A stretch of DNA of 64,000 nt from Candidatus Marinacidobacterales bacterium (lineage in GTDB: Bacteria; Acidobacteriota; Vicinamibacteria; Marinacidobacterales; SMYC01), in assembly GCA_965237955.1 (NCBI GenBank), contig OZ250169.1:6400001-6464000 (forward strand), given 5' to 3'. Below are positions 57,404-64,000 of the stretch, piece by piece. Position 1 is the stretch's first letter; each line of letters opens with the position of its first letter. The position numbers were made by a program, and so were the translations under genes. The notes beneath the pieces are model-generated. The model saw nothing but the letters and a program-made list of their open reading frames with translations, was not told where the DNA came from and did no database searches.

Positions 57404-57436
57404 CCTGTAGGGGTTCGAATCCCCCCTTCGGCACCA
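57404..57436 (+). tRNA. 3' fragment of tRNA-Leu (att site), not a complete tRNA
   Basis: ggggTTCGAATcccc + cttcggc + ACCA; no gccgaag 5' strand upstream. Confidence 0.7.
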
Positions 57437-57599
57437 ACAACACCTAAGTCCTTTCAGTTATCGGACTTAGCTTTCTCTCCAATCACCGTCTCCAGCATGT
57501 CTCCAAAACCAGAGACCTTTTTTCCAACAATGATAGTTGTGTGAACAGTGATGTGGAACCTAAATAGTTACTTCATCTCTGAGATAAAGATCTTCACGT

Positions 57600-59621
57600 T
57601 TACCTTACGTATCTGTCAAACCATCTGAGCATGTGTTGGAGCCTCTCCACCCTGTGTTTGGGCCTCCCAATTCTGGAGAGGTCATGGTTCTCATTAGGGA
57701 ATCTGACGAACTCGACGACCTTCTTCTGCCTCTTCAGTGTTACGAAGAGCTTTTCAGCCTTCGCAACTGGGCTAATAAAATCCAGGTCTGCATGGATGTG
57801 CAAGAGCGGCGTATTCATGTTCTCGACCTCCGGGAGACCTTCCCAAACTCCCCTCAACGAGATAGCTGCCTTGAACCGGTCCGAATGCCCGATGACCCAG
57901 TTCGTCATGAAGCCGCCAAAGGAACCTCCAGTAACGCCCATCCTCTCGACATCGGCGAAAGGATAATTCTCTGCGACAAAGTCTACCGACTCGATGATGT
58001 CCTGGAAATCTCGTTCACCATGGCGACCTGAGGTATTAGAGAAGGCGGCACCGTACCCAGTGCTCCCACGGGGGTTCGTGTAGAAGACCACGTAACCATG
58101 GTCAGCAAGCACTTGGAACTCGTGCTCTGTTGCCGCAAACATGAATCCATAGGAAGTAAAACCTGGCCCCCCATGTATCTCGAGTATCGTCCGGTACTTC
58201 TTGCCTTCCTCGAAGCCCCGGGGCTTGATGATCCATCCTTGGACTTTGGCGCCATCGCTGGCGGTGAACCAGAACTCCTCCGGTTTGTTCACCCTCAGCG
58301 TGCTCAGCAACTCCTTGTGCAAATACGTGAGGCGCCTCGTGCCCTTCTCGTCCTTTATCCAAAGCTCAAAGGGTGTCACAAGGTCGGAGGAGGTGAAGAC
58401 CATCTTGGAACCAGTCCTGTCTAGGCTGAAGCCGAAACGACCAACGTTCGCCTTCTCCGCGGTCATATGCTCGACCTCTCCGTCCAAGCTGACCCTCAAG
58501 ATGCGTTTGGCGCCAAGATCGTCGATCTTGAAGTAGACATGCTTGGAGTCAGGAGACCAAATTCGTTCATATAGCTGGCGGTGCCAGGCCTCCGACCTAT
58601 CAAGGTTGGCCGTAAGGTTCTTGGGCTCCCCACCCTCAACCGGAAGGACCCAGACATCCCTATTTCTATGAGAAGGTAGTCTAGGCTTTTCTATCGCGCG
58701 TCCAGAGAATGCGAGGTATTTACCATCGGGAGACCAACCCAAGGCCATAGGTCCGCTCACTCTGGCATTCTCCCATAGGAGGTCTGGATCTCCTCCTTTT
58801 GAGGGAACGGTATAGAGGTGATTGAGTCCGGAGAGGTCCGCAGGATCCTCTAGGTTGGAGATGAAGCCCACGCGATCGCCGTCGGGGGACCAGACGGGTG
58901 AGTCCACATCGAATTCTCCATCCGTCAGTTGCCTTATCTCCCCCCCACTCGAGGGGACGGAAAAGATGTGCCTCCTTCTTCCCCGTACGTAGCCACCAGT
59001 ATAGATCTTGTAATTGATGCGCCGGATGATATCGACATCGCTCCCATCTGCACTCTCGTTCTGGGGTACTGGGGAAGAGAAGAGAATGGTCTTTCCATCA
59101 GGGGACCAGGATGGTTGCTGGACGCCTTCCTCCAGAGCAGTAATACTCCTTGCCTCGCCCCCGTCAGCTGGCATCACAAAGATCTGATACGAACCTTCCG
59201 AAACAGTGCCGGCTCCGACTGTATTCGTCTTTCCATCCAATCGACTGGAGAGAAACAGAATGGACTTGCCATCTGGGGACCACCTTGGATGGATGTCGTC
59301 ACCTTGGCCATAAGTGAACTGCTTCGGTGTTCCCTCATCCAGGGCGATTGACCAGATATGGGTGTCATATCTGTCTTCCGCCATATTTGTGGTCGCGTAG
59401 GTGAAGAGCACCCGGGTTCCATCGGGAGATATCTGCGGATCGGACACAGGATATCGATGGAAAATAGGCATAATCTCGAAATCTTCCAATTTTTTCCGTT
59501 CCAACCCATCGCTTGTTGTTCTTACTTGGCCTTCAATAAAGTCAGAACCAATAAAAACCAAAGCAAAAGCCAGGAAGGCCACCAATCCGGAAAGTTTCAA
59601 ATTGTGGATTCTTTTCATCAT
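57600..59621 (-). CDS. S9-family peptidase, paralog of 23330-25369
   Basis: WSPDG repeats; HGGP, GGSFGG, HADLD, NENH. Confidence 0.92.
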   Translation of the reverse strand: MMKRIHNLKLSGLVAFLAFALVFIGSDFIEGQVRTTSDGLERKKLEDFEIMPIFHRYPVSDPQISPDGTRVLFTYATTNMAEDRYDTHIWSIALDEGTPKQFTYGQGDDIHPRWSPDGKSILFLSSRLDGKTNTVGAGTVSEGSYQIFVMPADGGEARSITALEEGVQQPSWSPDGKTILFSSPVPQNESADGSDVDIIRRINYKIYTGGYVRGRRRHIFSVPSSGGEIRQLTDGEFDVDSPVWSPDGDRVGFISNLEDPADLSGLNHLYTVPSKGGDPDLLWENARVSGPMALGWSPDGKYLAFSGRAIEKPRLPSHRNRDVWVLPVEGGEPKNLTANLDRSEAWHRQLYERIWSPDSKHVYFKIDDLGAKRILRVSLDGEVEHMTAEKANVGRFGFSLDRTGSKMVFTSSDLVTPFELWIKDEKGTRRLTYLHKELLSTLRVNKPEEFWFTASDGAKVQGWIIKPRGFEEGKKYRTILEIHGGPGFTSYGFMFAATEHEFQVLADHGYVVFYTNPRGSTGYGAAFSNTSGRHGERDFQDIIESVDFVAENYPFADVERMGVTGGSFGGFMTNWVIGHSDRFKAAISLRGVWEGLPEVENMNTPLLHIHADLDFISPVAKAEKLFVTLKRQKKVVEFVRFPNENHDLSRIGRPKHRVERLQHMLRWFDRYVR

Positions 59622-59715
59622 GTCGTCCTTTTTTAGTTCTTCCTTCTTCTTGTATTCTCCAATATTTCCCATATCACGTTACAAAAGAGAATATTGGGCA
59701 TCATCTTGATTTAAT

Positions 59716-59870
59716 AAGGATAGGAGATTTTCCAAGCCTGCCCCGGTCGTTGCACTCCGCATTTCTCCAGCTTGAACGAGGTGACGTCGCCTCATGCGGT
59801 AGCGGTGACATTAGCAAAGGGTCGGGAGCAAGACAAGGCGGTGAGGGCGGAGGGTTTTCCTGGGGAAGAC
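59716..59870 (-). mobile_element. IS91-like ori tail remnant
   Basis: ttggaaaatctcctatcctt on the minus strand. Confidence 0.5.
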
Positions 59871-60225
59871 ACAGGTATGGCGTGTGTTGGCGAAGAAACG
59901 GCACAGAATTGAAGGGTGAGAAGTCGTTTTTTCCGGTAAGCCCGGGCTCTCGAAGAATAGGTGTCGAAAAAACTTGATGTTTTGTACAAGATCCATACAA
60001 TTTTCTTGCGTGGTTTGGAGTGTATCTACCAACGAAAAGTGAGAAGTCAAGTGTGACTGTCTCTTGCTCCAGAATATTTGCCCAAACGACACGAGGAAAA
60101 GCGCGTGTTAAGGAAATTGATGGTCCCGGAAATCGGGAGCCTCTTATGAATAGTAAGTATGGTATATCGTGTAAAAACAGCATCACTCTAAAATCTGGTC
60201 AAGATATGAAAAAAAGGCAGAGAAA

Positions 60226-61647
60226 ATGAAAAAACTTTTGTTCATGCTGGCGATTTGTTCATTGGCGCTCATTCCGTCAACGTTTCTTGCATTTCCAACC
60301 GTTTTCCCGACGGGAACGACGATCTACAAACCTGATAAAGCCTGGAACGGCTACAACATCTTTCCCGCCAAAGGAATTGGACCTGTCCTAATTGATATGA
60401 ACGGCAATGTGGTCAAGCAGTGGGTAGACCCCTCATATGCCAGTATGTCCAAGCTTCTTCCGGGTGGATATGTAATGCGCCCTATAGGCGGAAGAGCAAG
60501 AGTAAAAGACCATCCAGATGCTAACGATCTGGTGCAACTTGACTGGGATGGAAACATTGTATGGAAGTTCGAAAAAGCCGGTCAACATCATGATTACCAG
60601 CGAGAGGGTAATCCGGTGGGGTACTACGTTCCCGGTATGGACCCCTTGGTCGATAAGGGAAAGACCCTGATCCTTTCCAAAAAGCTTCTGAAGAATCCCA
60701 AAATAACCGACAAGCTTCTATATGAGGACTACATCTTTGAGGTGACCTGGGACGGAAAGATCGTCTGGGAATGGTTATGGCATGAGCATTTTGATGAACT
60801 CGGGTTCAACGAGGCAGCCAAGAATACCATTTACCGTAATCCGAATTACGAGCCTATAAGTATAGAAGGAGTAGAGGCTGCCAGCTGGTTGCATATCAAC
60901 AGTTTGTCGTATGTTGGACCCAATAGGTGGTACGACGCGGGTGACGAGCGCTTCCATCCTGACAACGTGATCTGGGATGCCCGCCAGGCTAACATCCTGG
61001 GAATAACCGACAGGAAGACCGGTGAGATTGTCTGGAAGGTGGGACCGGACTATACCGCTACACCGGCACTCCGCAAGTTGGATCAGATCGTGGGCCCGCA
61101 TCATTGCCATATGATCCCCAAGGGACTTCCTGGCGCAGGGAACATCCTGGTCTTTGACAATGGTGGAAGAGCTGGATACGGTCCCCCTAATCCTGGTAGT
61201 GCCACCGGGAGCGGAAATGCTCGGCGGGATTATTCCCGAGTATTAGAGTTCAATCCGGTGACGCTGGAGTTGGTTTGGGAATATACAGCCGACAAGGTTG
61301 GTTATAGGCGTGAGAAGTTTTTCAGCTTCAATGTAAGCTCAGCCCAGCGTCTTCCCAACGGGAACACCTTAATCACGGAAGGTGCTCAGGGGCGCTTTTT
61401 CGAGGTGACCTCCGAATTAGAGATCGTCTGGGAATACGTTAACCCATTTTTCCACGGAGTCTTGTGTCGCACCTGCGGGAATCCCTATGACTGGATTGAA
61501 ACAACGGGCGAGACAGAGGAGCGTAGGAATACTGCTTATCGCGCTTACCGGGTTCCCTATGACTGGGTTCCACAACTAGAAAGGCCTGTGGAAAAAGCTG
61601 TGATCCCTCCTCCCAATTCAAAGTTCAGAATCGAACCTCAACAATAG
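60226..61647 (+). CDS. Arylsulfotransferase (ASST) family secreted protein
   Basis: PTVFPTGTTIY, QHHD, WLHINS, LVFDNGG, SAQRLPNGNTLITEG. Confidence 0.88.
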   Translation: MKKLLFMLAICSLALIPSTFLAFPTVFPTGTTIYKPDKAWNGYNIFPAKGIGPVLIDMNGNVVKQWVDPSYASMSKLLPGGYVMRPIGGRARVKDHPDANDLVQLDWDGNIVWKFEKAGQHHDYQREGNPVGYYVPGMDPLVDKGKTLILSKKLLKNPKITDKLLYEDYIFEVTWDGKIVWEWLWHEHFDELGFNEAAKNTIYRNPNYEPISIEGVEAASWLHINSLSYVGPNRWYDAGDERFHPDNVIWDARQANILGITDRKTGEIVWKVGPDYTATPALRKLDQIVGPHHCHMIPKGLPGAGNILVFDNGGRAGYGPPNPGSATGSGNARRDYSRVLEFNPVTLELVWEYTADKVGYRREKFFSFNVSSAQRLPNGNTLITEGAQGRFFEVTSELEIVWEYVNPFFHGVLCRTCGNPYDWIETTGETEERRNTAYRAYRVPYDWVPQLERPVEKAVIPPPNSKFRIEPQQ

Positions 61648-61659
61648 GCCCATTGCTCA

Positions 61660-61686
61660 GGGCGGGGAACAATTCCCCGCCCATTT
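61660..61686 (+). terminator. Probable intrinsic terminator
   Basis: gggcggggaa-caa-ttccccgccc then attt, 12 nt after the stop. Confidence 0.6.
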
Positions 61687-61738
61687 CTAGTGAGACTTGA
61701 AAAGTGGCTACCAGTCAACAACCACCCCTAAGAGGATC

Positions 61739-63052
<1,314 letters not shown>

Positions 63053-63111
63053 ATGGCTTGAATCGGACCCTAAAAGGGTCTTAAATCTCATACAGAAATC
63101 TTTATTCACCG

Positions 63112-63836
63112 GTAGAGTAAGCGGGGGAAGCTAAGCTTCGCCCCACCTCTCGTCGCACCGGACGTGCAGATGTCCCGCATCCGGCGCTCCCAACAGCCTT
63201 GTGTCGTAAGCATGCACAAAGAGCCTCGCGACTCGCCAGTCACAGGTAGACTAACCCACGATCGGCGAGATGACGGTAGAACGTCACCCCTGCCGGAGGG
63301 CGGTAGCGTCGCTGGCTCCGTCGTCGTAGATGGACGACAAGACGGTTACGGACGTACCAGTTCAGCCGTCGAAAGTATCGGCGAGGGTGGCCATAGTCGA
63401 AGTAGTTCGCCCAGCCTTTGAGGTGCCGGTTCAGCTGCTGGATCAGCGCTGGAATAGGCTTAAAGCACTGCCCACTGGCCGTCATCTCTATCAGCTTGGC
63501 GCGTTCACGTGCCATAGCTTTCTTCGAGGGCCCAACGTGTAAGTACCGATGAGCCCGACCGTGCAGGTCGGCTTGGTACTGCAACGTGAACCCCAGAAAG
63601 TCCAGGCTCTCCCCCTTCGCCAAGTTCACCACTCGAGTCTTCTCCCGATTGATGCTCAGGCCCATCCGCCCTTCGAGGAATCCCTCCACGAACCGCCGGA
63701 GCTTCGGCCCTTGATAGCGGGCTAGGATAACGAGTCGAGTCACGCGGCGGAGTCCCTGAGTCACAAATCAATGCCTTAGAGGCTGCCGGGTTGGCATCCC
63801 CCTTGCTGTATGTCCGGCTGGAAGCGGAGGTCGGGG
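63112..63836 (-). mobile_element. Group II intron (class C), 3' part: maturase tail plus domains V and VI, interrupted by IS21
   Basis: LDFLG, GWANYF; domain V gagcgccggatgcgg...cacgtccggtgc with CGC triad; ends ttactctac. Confidence 0.88.
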
Positions 63837-64000
63837 TGCGTATTCCGGGGCATCGTGAACGCAGATTCCAGCCGAAGGTGAACATCCATTCCAAAGCATC
63901 GTGAACACGGATTCCGGGGATCGTGAACATCGATTCCGGGGAAGGTGAACACGGATTCCAGGCAACGTGAACGCCGGTTCCGGCATCGCGAACGCTCATC
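63837..64000 (+). mobile_element. IS21-family element, copy 3, left end; runs off the window
   Basis: Identical to 51101-51264. Confidence 0.95.

Noticed and set aside
57340-57436. Complete tRNA gene
   Set aside because: No 5' acceptor strand, D arm or anticodon arm could be found
63240-63764. Reverse transcriptase as a retron or DGR
   Set aside because: Domain V/VI RNA and the maturase tail identify a group II intron; no TR/VR pair or msr-msd seen

Overview
A GC-rich bacterial window dense with mobile elements; the gene content resembles Acidobacteriota (inference only). Host or cargo genes include two VPS10/BNR-repeat hydrolases, a LamG lipoprotein, a GH29 fucosidase, two paralogous S9 peptidases, an arylsulfotransferase, a GntP permease with a KARI-like enzyme, a DUF5916/CBM9 protein, an SPFH protein, an ECF sigma with its membrane kinase, a GRDP/TIGR04222/Nramp cluster, a VOC protein, a radical SAM enzyme, a cytidylate-kinase-like protein and a Phd/RelE-type toxin-antitoxin pair. 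These are interleaved with intact, nested or decayed IS5, IS91, IS256, IS1, IS110, IS3, IS6, IS630, IS21 and ISKra4 elements, a class C group II intron and a tRNA-Leu att fragment. The most notable structures are: (1) an IS110 whose non-coding end carries bridge-RNA-like guides matching its own donor and target junctions; (2) a 2.9-kb IS1-family element carrying five small passenger ORFs, nested in an IS3 that splits a radical SAM gene; (3) a 33-bp element made only of inverted repeats, with an 8-bp target duplication; (4) two lower-GC S9 peptidase cassettes with near-identical flanks and signal peptide, each just downstream of an IS91 ori end, one of them next to a tRNA att site. All calls come from reading motifs by eye. 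Several single-base frameshifts could be sequencing errors.
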